A stretch of DNA of 64,000 nt. Source: a virus (taxonomy: Duplodnaviria; Caudoviricetes). Numbering within the stretch: the first letter of the stretch is position 1; the number at the start of each line of letters is the position of its first letter. This document shows positions 10,600 to 18,998 of the stretch, piece after piece. The DNA is taken from positions 1 through 64,000 of IMG/VR virus record IMGVR_UViG_3300011008_000021. One strand, written 5' to 3'. Both the position numbers and the translations under genes were made by a program. A model generated the notes under the pieces. It did no database searches, was not told the origin of the DNA, and saw only the letters and a program-made list of their open reading frames with translations.

Positions 10600-11143
10600 T
10601 TAACGACCTACCATTTCCTGAAAGATAGAAAGGAATATCTTTATTAGAAAGCTGCATATCAGTTATTCTTTTAGAAAGAACCTTACTAAGAGTTTGAATC
10701 ATTGTCTGGGCAGCATCAACTTTAGATCTGACAATCTTATATGCTTTATTATACATCTCATTAATTGATTGCTCATAAATTGTATTACCTTCAGCATAAG
10801 CAGTTAATTCCGCTACTGTTGGTTTTGATTTATCCAACTCAGGGTTCATATAACTTTTATTAAAAGCTTCTTTATAAGATATCTTGCTTAATGAATCATA
10901 AATGCTGAGTTTTTCTACTCGTTCCTGCATAAAATAAAGACAGTTAGTTAATTCCAAAAAATATTTTTCTATAACTTCAGTTGATGGATTGTCAATATTT
11001 ACAACATTATCACAAATTTCACAGAGTATCTTATCCATACTTCGAGTATTTTCATCAACAATTACATCTATCATATTTGTGAAATATTCCACATTTTCAG
11101 AAAGTTTATTTTTAATATCTGATACTTTTAATTCGTCAATCAT
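10592..11143 (-). CDS. hypothetical helical protein (possible UvsY-like recombination mediator)
   Basis: Helical/coiled-coil composition and position near recA; function inferred only. Confidence 0.45.
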   Translation of the reverse strand: MIDELKVSDIKNKLSENVEYFTNMIDVIVDENTRSMDKILCEICDNVVNIDNPSTEVIEKYFLELTNCLYFMQERVEKLSIYDSLSKISYKEAFNKSYMNPELDKSKPTVAELTAYAEGNTIYEQSINEMYNKAYKIVRSKVDAAQTMIQTLSKVLSKRITDMQLSNKDIPFYLSGNGRSLNE

Positions 11144-11873
11144 ACTTCTTATGTAACTCCTCTAGAATATCTTTATCTTTTACTAAATCATACTTAGGTG
11201 ATCTCTTAGTTATTATATAATTATAATACCATTCTTTTACTTTGTCAATATAATCTAATTCAAAATTTGGATATCTTTCATGAAGTCTAAATGGAATAAC
11301 TAAAGTATTATGTTCATTGGGTTTATAAAAATCAATTATGTCATAATCATCCCGCAAAAGAAATGAGACTACCATATAAACCTGTTCAATATTTAGAAGG
11401 TATGCATATAATGATGCTTGTAGAGCATAATATTCAGGAATATCTTTTTCCCAATTTTTAATATTTTTTGTGGTTTTCATTTCTAAGACAGTTTCAGGAT
11501 TTCCTTGCTTGTCAACTAACAAATAATCCCACATACCACCAAAAATATCATTTAAGAAAAAATTTCCACGAAGTCTATTAAAATAATTATCACCGTAGAT
11601 TTCAAAAGGTGTAATTAGATTATTCATACCAAGAATATTTTTACAATAATTAGCTTGTTTAGGTTCTATTATATTTCCAGCAGTCGTATATTTCGTAGGT
11701 TCGATTTTTTTAGAATAAACTTTTGTAATATCACACCACATTTCAAATTCTGTTGAATATGGATTTTTTCCTAAGATACTTGCAAATTTTGTACCAGTTA
11801 TTTTCTTTGATTTAGTATTTTGAAATGAAGTGATAGTATTATCTTCATTCCATATTATCTTATTCTCCATCAA
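11136..11873 (-). CDS. YqaJ/lambda-exonuclease family nuclease
   Basis: ITGTKFASILGKNPY, AGNIIEP, WDY..LEMKT, PEYYALQ. Confidence 0.85.
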   Translation of the reverse strand: MMENKIIWNEDNTITSFQNTKSKKITGTKFASILGKNPYSTEFEMWCDITKVYSKKIEPTKYTTAGNIIEPKQANYCKNILGMNNLITPFEIYGDNYFNRLRGNFFLNDIFGGMWDYLLVDKQGNPETVLEMKTTKNIKNWEKDIPEYYALQASLYAYLLNIEQVYMVVSFLLRDDYDIIDFYKPNEHNTLVIPFRLHERYPNFELDYIDKVKEWYYNYIITKRSPKYDLVKDKDILEELHKKYD

Positions 11874-12330
11874 TTAAATTCATTAAGCAAGAATAATCAC
11901 TATCCATAAAAACTTTCTTTTTTATGGATGGTATTATCTTTATATTATAACCTTCTTGAATTGCTTTTAACCCCACTGACTTCTTACCGTCAAGCTTCAT
12001 TTTTTTGATTGTTGAAACAGGAATATATAAAACAAGATCCTTCTCATATAACCAAAGAACAACACCAACCCTTACCCCTGGTATACCTATCTTTTTAATT
12101 AATTTATTATACTGTCTAATATTTTTAAATGGTAATGAAGCACCTTTATGAGTCTTATTCTCAATATAAAAAATATTTGGATACGAATAGCATATAAAAT
12201 CTGAAATGTTTGAAATAGAATAAAAACCGTTGGTAGGATCATATAACCTATCAACGGTAGAATTCTTAACTGTATTTAAAAAATCTTTTTTGAATTTCTG
12301 CTCGAAATTCTTTCCATAATTATCTGCCAT
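11860..12330 (-). CDS. RecU-like Holliday junction resolvase
   Basis: GKNFE, SDF, IENKT, NIRQ pattern. Confidence 0.7.
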   Translation of the reverse strand: MADNYGKNFEQKFKKDFLNTVKNSTVDRLYDPTNGFYSISNISDFICYSYPNIFYIENKTHKGASLPFKNIRQYNKLIKKIGIPGVRVGVVLWLYEKDLVLYIPVSTIKKMKLDGKKSVGLKAIQEGYNIKIIPSIKKKVFMDSDYSCLMNLIDGE

Positions 12331-12332
12331 AT

Positions 12333-13445
12333 TTAAACTGCAACAACTTCTGGTATAACATTATAAATATTACCCGAAGAAATAACAACGGCTTGGTGAT
12401 CACCGAAACATAGATTAATATATTGTTCTGAAAATCCATCAAGTACAGTTTTAACATCATTAAGATCAAGCATTGTTGAATAAGGACTTTCAATATCAAT
12501 CTCATTATTAAAATAAACTAACTCATTATTCTCACTGGAAGTATCATAAATCTTTACTGAATCTTTATAGAACTCAAACTTGCTATATAACTTATTTGAA
12601 TTTCCAGCAGGGAACAGCATTAATCTATCAATAGTTTGAATTAATTCATTCTTATTAATTACAACTGAATTATCATATGTACTAAATGCCCTACCTCTAA
12701 TTGCTTTAACTGGAACTGAGGATAGTAATGAATCGTCACAGGATAGTATAGCTGTAATTATTACATTATCAGTTTCAAATCTTACCTTGGTTTGAATAAT
12801 ATCTTCCGATATTGGATCATAACCCATTGAAAATTTAACAGTGATACCTTTAAATAAATTAAACATCTTCACAAGTTTATTATTTAAAAGCATTCTTACA
12901 GGAGTATTAAGAGTAAATTTATTTACACAAGCTCCAGAAGTAAAAGTAATTGCACCCTGCTCATCAACATAATATAACTTCTGAACAGGTTTAGATATAA
13001 TACCAACAGCAAGTTGCCTTGAATTATACTTATTAATTCCTGTTAAAATGTTACCATCAATGTCAAAATTAATTGTTACATTATTAATATTAATTCTTGG
13101 CAGCTCAAGTAATGATGTTCCATCATATATAAGTGGAATCTTATATCTTCCATTTCCTACAATAGTTAGATTATTATCAACAACATCTAATTCTACTGTA
13201 TCTGTAGTAATTTTTGAAATTAACTTTAAAAATAACGAAGCATTTACTGTTGCTTTAATTCTATCTTCATTATTCACAGGAAGCTTAACAGAAACAAAAT
13301 ATTCTTTATTTGTAACATTCATTTCAAGCAACCCGTTATCTGAAACTAATTCAAGTGTATCAGTTAATGTAGAAAATGAATTTGAATCTACAGCATTCAA
13401 GATAATTCTACATTTTTCTTGTAACTCATTAATTCGTAATATCAT
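12333..13445 (-). CDS. dnaN: DNA polymerase III beta-like sliding clamp
   Basis: 370 aa with three-domain periodicity (VTNKEY, VNASLFLKLISK, INKNELIQTIDRL, NVIPEV); clamp loader nearby. Confidence 0.8.
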   Translation of the reverse strand: MILRINELQEKCRIILNAVDSNSFSTLTDTLELVSDNGLLEMNVTNKEYFVSVKLPVNNEDRIKATVNASLFLKLISKITTDTVELDVVDNNLTIVGNGRYKIPLIYDGTSLLELPRININNVTINFDIDGNILTGINKYNSRQLAVGIISKPVQKLYYVDEQGAITFTSGACVNKFTLNTPVRMLLNNKLVKMFNLFKGITVKFSMGYDPISEDIIQTKVRFETDNVIITAILSCDDSLLSSVPVKAIRGRAFSTYDNSVVINKNELIQTIDRLMLFPAGNSNKLYSKFEFYKDSVKIYDTSSENNELVYFNNEIDIESPYSTMLDLNDVKTVLDGFSEQYINLCFGDHQAVVISSGNIYNVIPEVVAV

Positions 13446-13457
13446 TACAACTCCTAT

Positions 13458-14141
13458 TTATCTATTACTATTTTCTATATCTTCTACTATTGACTTTACT
13501 TTATATGTAATTGGAAGACATAAAGTTTCAATACATATCTGAATGAATGGACAATTAAGAACCATTATCAATTTAGTAGATAAAGGTAAGAATGAAAGAC
13601 CTATAAAAGTAAATATAGCTCCATCAACATATTTACCAGCAAGTGATGAAAGGATAGCCCTGACACCAAAAAATTTAGAACTCTGATTTCTTTCCTTTAG
13701 TTTCTTAAATACAATATCATTTGCAAGATCTCCAAACCAAAAAGCTACTATTGATCCAATAGCAATTCTTGGTGTGTTTCCTAAAATAGAAATGAATGCG
13801 TCCTGATTTACCCAAGAACTGTTTCCTGGAATTGCAATAGAAATCGTAAATAATATTGAACATAATGCTGTTCCAATAAATGCCCAAGTAGCAGTTACTC
13901 TTGACCATTTATATCCATATACTTCACTAAATACATCAGACAAAATATAAGTAATTGGAAATGTAAGAATTGAACAGGTATTAGCTAAATACGGTATACC
14001 AAATAAATCAATTGATTTAACAACTAAGATATTAGATAGAATAAGTGAAAGAACAAGTATCAATGTCAACGACATTTGTAATGACGATACATTCTTTTCT
14101 GGACTAAGAATACTAAAACCTGCTAAATCATTCTTTTTCAT
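13458..14141 (-). CDS. yhhQ: queuosine-precursor (preQ0/preQ1) transporter, YhhQ/VUT family, copy 1
   Basis: SNILVVK, FPITYILSDVFSEVYG, PRIAIGSIVAF, RAILSSLAGKYVD; multiple TM helices. Confidence 0.88.
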   Translation of the reverse strand: MKKNDLAGFSILSPEKNVSSLQMSLTLILVLSLILSNILVVKSIDLFGIPYLANTCSILTFPITYILSDVFSEVYGYKWSRVTATWAFIGTALCSILFTISIAIPGNSSWVNQDAFISILGNTPRIAIGSIVAFWFGDLANDIVFKKLKERNQSSKFFGVRAILSSLAGKYVDGAIFTFIGLSFLPLSTKLIMVLNCPFIQICIETLCLPITYKVKSIVEDIENSNR

Positions 14142-14151
14142 TTAATTAAAT

Positions 14152-14192
14152 CTCCTTTGGTTTTTTATAGTGGTATTAACTGCGGACCACTT
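14152..14192 (-). promoter_or_regulatory. preQ1-I-like riboswitch candidate
   Basis: AGUGG-UCCGCAGUUAAUA-CCACU-AUAAAAAACCAAAGGAG running into the RBS of yhhQ copy 1. Confidence 0.65.
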
Positions 14193-14196
14193 ATCA

Positions 14197-15120
14197 TTAA
14201 AATAGTTGTACTTTTTCTGCGACAGGATTATATTTACATACATAATTATCCTGCCATTCTTTTAAAACTCTGATATTAAAAATTAATCTATCTTTATCAA
14301 CACTCTTAAGATGCTCAACAGTGAATCCTCTATCTTCAACATATTTATCAATTGACTCTCTTAATGCTTTTGATCTATTTATATAATTATCATTTTTTGC
14401 GAATGATCTGTCACCAATTAAAAATGTTTTTTTTCCTACTATAATAGATCCAGTAACAGCAGTTTTTAACCATGTTGTACTATCTGCTGAAGTAATAGGA
14501 AACATTTCTAGAGCCTCAAGATCTGTACATCCAAAAGCGTGTGTTTTTACATCAGGATTTGAGCTTGATTTTATTATTTTAAACCACTCATCAAAATATT
14601 GTCTACGTTGATTATGATAAGCTCTCTGAGGAGCACCTAATCCAATATATTTAATATGATGTCCATCTTTATGAGTCCATTCAAGCAGATTATGCAATCT
14701 CTTAATATTTTCACCTGCGTGATATAGAGGTATTAATTTATCGACATATTCTGGCTTTAACCGATCTATCATGTAAAGATAATTTTCCCAGGTGTCTTGT
14801 TGACAAATTTCTTTTTCTGCGTCAGTCATATCAGGATCTTGAATATGATCAACTTGTGCAAAAATCTCTACTACATCACCGATTTCATTTATAAAATGAA
14901 TATAATCATCAACATCAACAGTCTTACCTAGATTATAAGCTGAATAAGCTCCACTGTCAATAAAAAATTTACCTTTATATTGTGGATTTTTTCTTAAGAA
15001 CTCAACCCACTCCATAATATCATTACGATCATTAAGGTTGGAGAATAAACGATTACACTCCAACCTCTTGATCTCTTGTTCTGCTATTTCAATTGAACTA
15101 CCTGCAAAATATAAATCCAT
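14197..15120 (-). CDS. TGT-fold transglycosylase, DpdA-like (7-deazaguanine insertion)
   Basis: FIDSGAYS, IPLYH, YIGLG, THAFG, SADSTTW; flanked by two YhhQ genes. Confidence 0.75.
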   Translation of the reverse strand: MDLYFAGSSIEIAEQEIKRLECNRLFSNLNDRNDIMEWVEFLRKNPQYKGKFFIDSGAYSAYNLGKTVDVDDYIHFINEIGDVVEIFAQVDHIQDPDMTDAEKEICQQDTWENYLYMIDRLKPEYVDKLIPLYHAGENIKRLHNLLEWTHKDGHHIKYIGLGAPQRAYHNQRRQYFDEWFKIIKSSSNPDVKTHAFGCTDLEALEMFPITSADSTTWLKTAVTGSIIVGKKTFLIGDRSFAKNDNYINRSKALRESIDKYVEDRGFTVEHLKSVDKDRLIFNIRVLKEWQDNYVCKYNPVAEKVQLF

Positions 15121-15163
15121 AAATTATCTACCTTAAAAATTATTATGCTAATTATAACATATA

Positions 15164-15847
15164 TTATTCAGTTTGTAAAGTCGGACTTGATGTAAAGATA
15201 TAAAATAGTGGTGTATCACATAATGCAATTATAGCTTTAACAATCCACTGTCCAATAATCATATTTATCATGATTGGAATCATTGTAGAATCAAACAACC
15301 ATCCAAATCCAAATCCAAATGCAATTACAACATATATAATGCTGTCAATAATCTGACTTGAAATCGTACCTACATTATTCCAAATCCATTTTCCTTTAAT
15401 TACATTTTCTTTTCCATACTTAGAAATAAACCAATTTCTAATACCATGGAAAACAATAAGATCGAAATGTTGTGAACAAAGATAAGCAGTAAGACTTGCA
15501 ACTACAAATACCCAATTCTGACCAAGTAATGCTACATAATGGACCTGCATTTCTGGATCTGATGGAACAAGATATCTTGCCGCAATTACAAAGAAAGTTG
15601 AGACAAGCTGACAAACAAATCCAAAACGAACTGCCATCTTTGATTCTTCTTTACCCCATATTTCTCCAATGATGTCAGTAATTAAGAATGTCACTGGATA
15701 ACAAATTGCACCTACTGTTAAAGAAACAGGAGATCCAAAAAGATTAAATGGCATTAAAAATACCTTGCTTGCAATACAATTGCATGTAACAAGACAAGTT
15801 GCAAAAATCATGTACAAAAATAATAGTGACTCATTAGTCTTTTTCAT
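15164..15847 (-). CDS. yhhQ: queuosine-precursor transporter, YhhQ/VUT family, copy 2
   Basis: NCIASK, YPVTFLITDIIGEIWG, ASLTAYLCSQHFD, WNNVGTISSQIIDS, KAIIALCDTPLFY. Confidence 0.9.
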   Translation of the reverse strand: MKKTNESLLFLYMIFATCLVTCNCIASKVFLMPFNLFGSPVSLTVGAICYPVTFLITDIIGEIWGKEESKMAVRFGFVCQLVSTFFVIAARYLVPSDPEMQVHYVALLGQNWVFVVASLTAYLCSQHFDLIVFHGIRNWFISKYGKENVIKGKWIWNNVGTISSQIIDSIIYVVIAFGFGFGWLFDSTMIPIMINMIIGQWIVKAIIALCDTPLFYIFTSSPTLQTE

Positions 15848-15858
15848 TAAATTTTAAA

Positions 15859-15926
15859 CTCCTTCGTTTAATAAGTTGGTAAGGATAAACAACTATCCTC
15901 ATTTTAGTTGGTAGGACTAAACAACA
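15859..15926 (-). promoter_or_regulatory. tandem preQ1-I-like pseudoknot aptamers (riboswitch candidate)
   Basis: GUUG-UUUAGUCCUAC-CAAC-UAAAAUG-AGGA then AGUUG-UUUAUCCUUAC-CAACU-UAUUAAACG-AAGGAG; loop UCCU(U) complements (A)AGGA, and the second is the RBS. Confidence 0.6.
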
Positions 15927-15959
15927 TGAATTAGCATAATAATATTATATACAATCTAT

Positions 15960-17069
15960 TTAAATAAACTTCATTATATGCAGGTATTTATTCCAGCTAT
16001 TATCGTGCTTATCTACGATATACTGTAATTCTTTTTTGTCAAATTCTTTATTAATAAGTTTATACAGTTTTTCTTTACAATCTTCAAGATTTCTTTTTTC
16101 ATAAAGGTATTTTGGATTACCTTTTAATTCGTACTCAAAATCTTTCCAAATAGGATATAATGGATTACATTCAAAAGTAATTGCTTCCAGAAGTGTCCAG
16201 CTGACCCAATCTTGATTAGCACAATTAAATACAACCGAAGCTCTACTAAGTAATTCATAATAAGTTAATTTATTTGAAGTATCAACAACTTCAAGATTCG
16301 AACCTTCTTTTGAAGTGATTTTATTCAATCTATCAACAACTTCTTTATTAGAAGTGATAGATCTTGTACTTCTTGGATTAACTAATTTAAATTTAATATC
16401 TGGACAAGCTTCTACCAGGTCAAGAAAGAACATTGGATCTTTTTCATCGTCAAATCTTGATGCAAATAAGACAAATGGTTCCTTATTGAATTTTTTCAAC
16501 CCAATCTCATTAAGTTGTTCTTTTAATCTCCTACTATTGTAAGGAAGACCTACATGAAAAATATTATCTTCCCTTGCAATACCAGCAACAATGCACAGTT
16601 GTCTAAGAATATGAGAACAGGTAAAAATAAAATCAAACTGCTGACCAAATCCTTGTTCAATTGGTCTCATCCAATCTTTCATCTTCCAAGCAAAATCAGT
16701 GTCATCAACTGATTGTGCATGAATGAATGTACCAATCTTAAAATGCATCTTTTTTAATTGACGAATATAAAATAGACTTTCAATGCCAGGATGCCAAAAA
16801 TCTTCAACATACACAACATCATTATCAGTTAATTCACCATTTTCAATTAACTCTATTAATTTCATGATTTGTGATAATGCAAAATAACATCTTCCAGAAG
16901 CATCCAGAACTACACCGTCTTTAATTGTATTACTAATGCTAATACCATCAACTCTTACAAAATCAATATTATTTGTTTTAAAATTATCTTCAGCCCACCC
17001 ATTGATAGAAGACATAAAATATGTATATCTTTCAATATAAGGCTCGATTGGAACATAAAATAATCTCAT
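15960..17069 (-). CDS. GT-B fold glycosyltransferase (GT4-like)
   Basis: VLFASRFDDEKDP, YYELLSRASVVFN..QDWVSWTLLEA..CNPLYP. Confidence 0.8.
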   Translation of the reverse strand: MRLFYVPIEPYIERYTYFMSSINGWAEDNFKTNNIDFVRVDGISISNTIKDGVVLDASGRCYFALSQIMKLIELIENGELTDNDVVYVEDFWHPGIESLFYIRQLKKMHFKIGTFIHAQSVDDTDFAWKMKDWMRPIEQGFGQQFDFIFTCSHILRQLCIVAGIAREDNIFHVGLPYNSRRLKEQLNEIGLKKFNKEPFVLFASRFDDEKDPMFFLDLVEACPDIKFKLVNPRSTRSITSNKEVVDRLNKITSKEGSNLEVVDTSNKLTYYELLSRASVVFNCANQDWVSWTLLEAITFECNPLYPIWKDFEYELKGNPKYLYEKRNLEDCKEKLYKLINKEFDKKELQYIVDKHDNSWNKYLHIMKFI

Positions 17070-17072
17070 TTC

Positions 17073-17537
17073 TTAATCCTCGTATAAAAGTTTATCGTTT
17101 CCTTCAAACATTCCATCTGTATTTAATTCAGATAAAGAAGTCTTACAATCATGTTGAGATAGATTCAAGACATAAACGCAGTCCTTCTTATCTTTTAATT
17201 TTAAAGAAACATTTTCCGGTATAAGTTCAGAATAATTATTTAGTTGAGTTAAAATAACATTATCAAATAATCTATAATCTACGGATGGCAAAAACCTTTC
17301 TGTAACCTCAACTATAAGTTTATAGTTATTTTTTAAATAATCTAACTCTTCATCAGTTGCACTAAGACATATTAGATTATTTTGATTAGCACCAAAATAA
17401 ATAGAAATATTAATAAGATTATTATCATTTAATATTTGAATTAATTTCGATGCAGAAACTACACTACTATCAACAAACAAGGTGAGATTTCCATAATTTA
17501 GATTATGCTCTACCTCAGTGCCTAACCAACATCTCAT
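17073..17537 (-). CDS. hypothetical protein in modification cluster
   Basis: WLGTEVE..GNLTLFV, IYFGANQ; translationally coupled to neighbours. Confidence 0.6.
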   Translation of the reverse strand: MRCWLGTEVEHNLNYGNLTLFVDSSVVSASKLIQILNDNNLINISIYFGANQNNLICLSATDEELDYLKNNYKLIVEVTERFLPSVDYRLFDNVILTQLNNYSELIPENVSLKLKDKKDCVYVLNLSQHDCKTSLSELNTDGMFEGNDKLLYED

Positions 17538-17878
17538 ACTCTATACTCCAGTACACATCCATTTTCATTATCTTCATTTACAGTTATTTCAATATCTCTA
17601 TGACACCCATAAGTATTCTGAATAACTTCTAAAAGGTCATCTGCAATTGATTCGCATGATTTATTTGAAAGTGACGATATATTTATATTATCTTCAATAA
17701 AATGTTTAAACATGATAAACTCTATTTCTCTATCATTATTGAAGACTTCTATCTTTACCTGAATATGTGCCACGTGACGATGTGGATATCTTAGATAACT
17801 TACTTCATCAGGAGCATCTTTGTATTGATGAATAAATTCAGTTTGAGTGGTTACATAAATAAATACTTTCTTACTCAT
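17534..17878 (-). CDS. QueD/PTPS-like T-fold protein
   Basis: H..(F)IH, PHRH metal-ligand motif, DREIEFI, SCESIA, VNEDNENG. Confidence 0.6.
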   Translation of the reverse strand: MSKKVFIYVTTQTEFIHQYKDAPDEVSYLRYPHRHVAHIQVKIEVFNNDREIEFIMFKHFIEDNINISSLSNKSCESIADDLLEVIQNTYGCHRDIEITVNEDNENGCVLEYRV

Positions 17879-17883
17879 ATCCT

Positions 17884-18998
17884 CTATCCTAATAATTCAA
17901 TTAATTGATCTTCAGTACATTCTAAATGATTATTTTTAAGATAATTAAATGCTTCTTCTTTGGAATATGATTTTAGCAAATCTTCATATTCTTCTTTTAG
18001 ATTTGAAGAAAACACATCTAGATACCAAGATCGAAAACTATCTGCATCACACTTCATTGGAACAATACATTCTGGCTTAGCAGAATTGATCATTAACTCG
18101 GATAATCTCTTTTTGACACCTTCTTGATTTTCAATAGGACATTCTCCTATTAATTCATCATGAACTGCAATAAGCAATTTAAATCCAAAATCTCGTAACT
18201 GTTTATCATTATAAACTGCTATCATTGCTCTTTTGGACATCGAAGCTGCACCACCCTGAACTCTAGCATTTACACATTGTCTCTCAGCCTGTGCAATAAA
18301 CCCACCATTATCATGAATCTCTATACCATCTTTCAATGCTTTTGATTTCAGTTCATCAAGTTCTTTTTTAGATTTACATGAATAACACTGCTTCTTATAT
18401 TTATCAATTATAACAGAATTTGTATTAGAATACAAGCCCTTACTTCCAATTAATGGATTAAAATTATCTACGGAAGATCCGTTTTTATTTTTTAAAACAA
18501 ATTTATCTAATTGAATATCAGGTAATCTTCGTCTTCTTCCCCAACAATCTTCAACATATCCATTTTTCTTGGCATCCAACTGAGTTTGATCAATCCACTT
18601 CTTTACCTTTGGAAATCCATTAAAGAAATCATCAGTTACTTTTTGAGCTTCTAAAATATCCTCCTTTGTAGCAGGTCCTTTATGAGTTTTAATTTGATCT
18701 GCTATTGATGCAACACCACGACCGTACATCAATCCTAACAGTAAACTCTTAACATTAGTTCTTCTTTTTTTACCTTCTGGATTCATTGTTCCATCAGGAT
18801 AGAATTCTCTATTGTCTTCATAATTATTATGATAAACATGTGAAGCAATAGTTGCGTATAGATCTTTCCCTTCTTTATAGGCGTTGATCATATTTTCATC
18901 TTGAGCATAATTCGCCAATAAACGAGGTTCCTGTTGCGCTACGAAAAGTCAGATCCAACAAGAATATTTTTCTTTCTTACCTTTACCGACTTCTTAAT
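17884..18998 (-). CDS. polA: family A DNA polymerase, C-terminal part; 19-codon leader 18998-18942 (ATT start) must be joined to 18936-17884 across a 5-nt insert
   Basis: Motif A ILVGSDFS/QQEPR, motif B RTNVKSLLLGLMYG, AERQCVNARVQG, motif C VHDE; RBS AAGGTGA 5 nt before ATT. Confidence 0.88.

Noticed and set aside
15859-15926. Mini CRISPR array (GTTGTTTA repeats)
   Set aside because: Only two imperfect units, no unique spacers and no cas genes; a pseudoknot model fits better
18939-18941. TAG reassignment (alternative genetic code) as the explanation for the polA interruption
   Set aside because: Readthrough stays out of frame, long ORFs are intact under code 11, and TAG ends other genes (17884, 22511, 45895)
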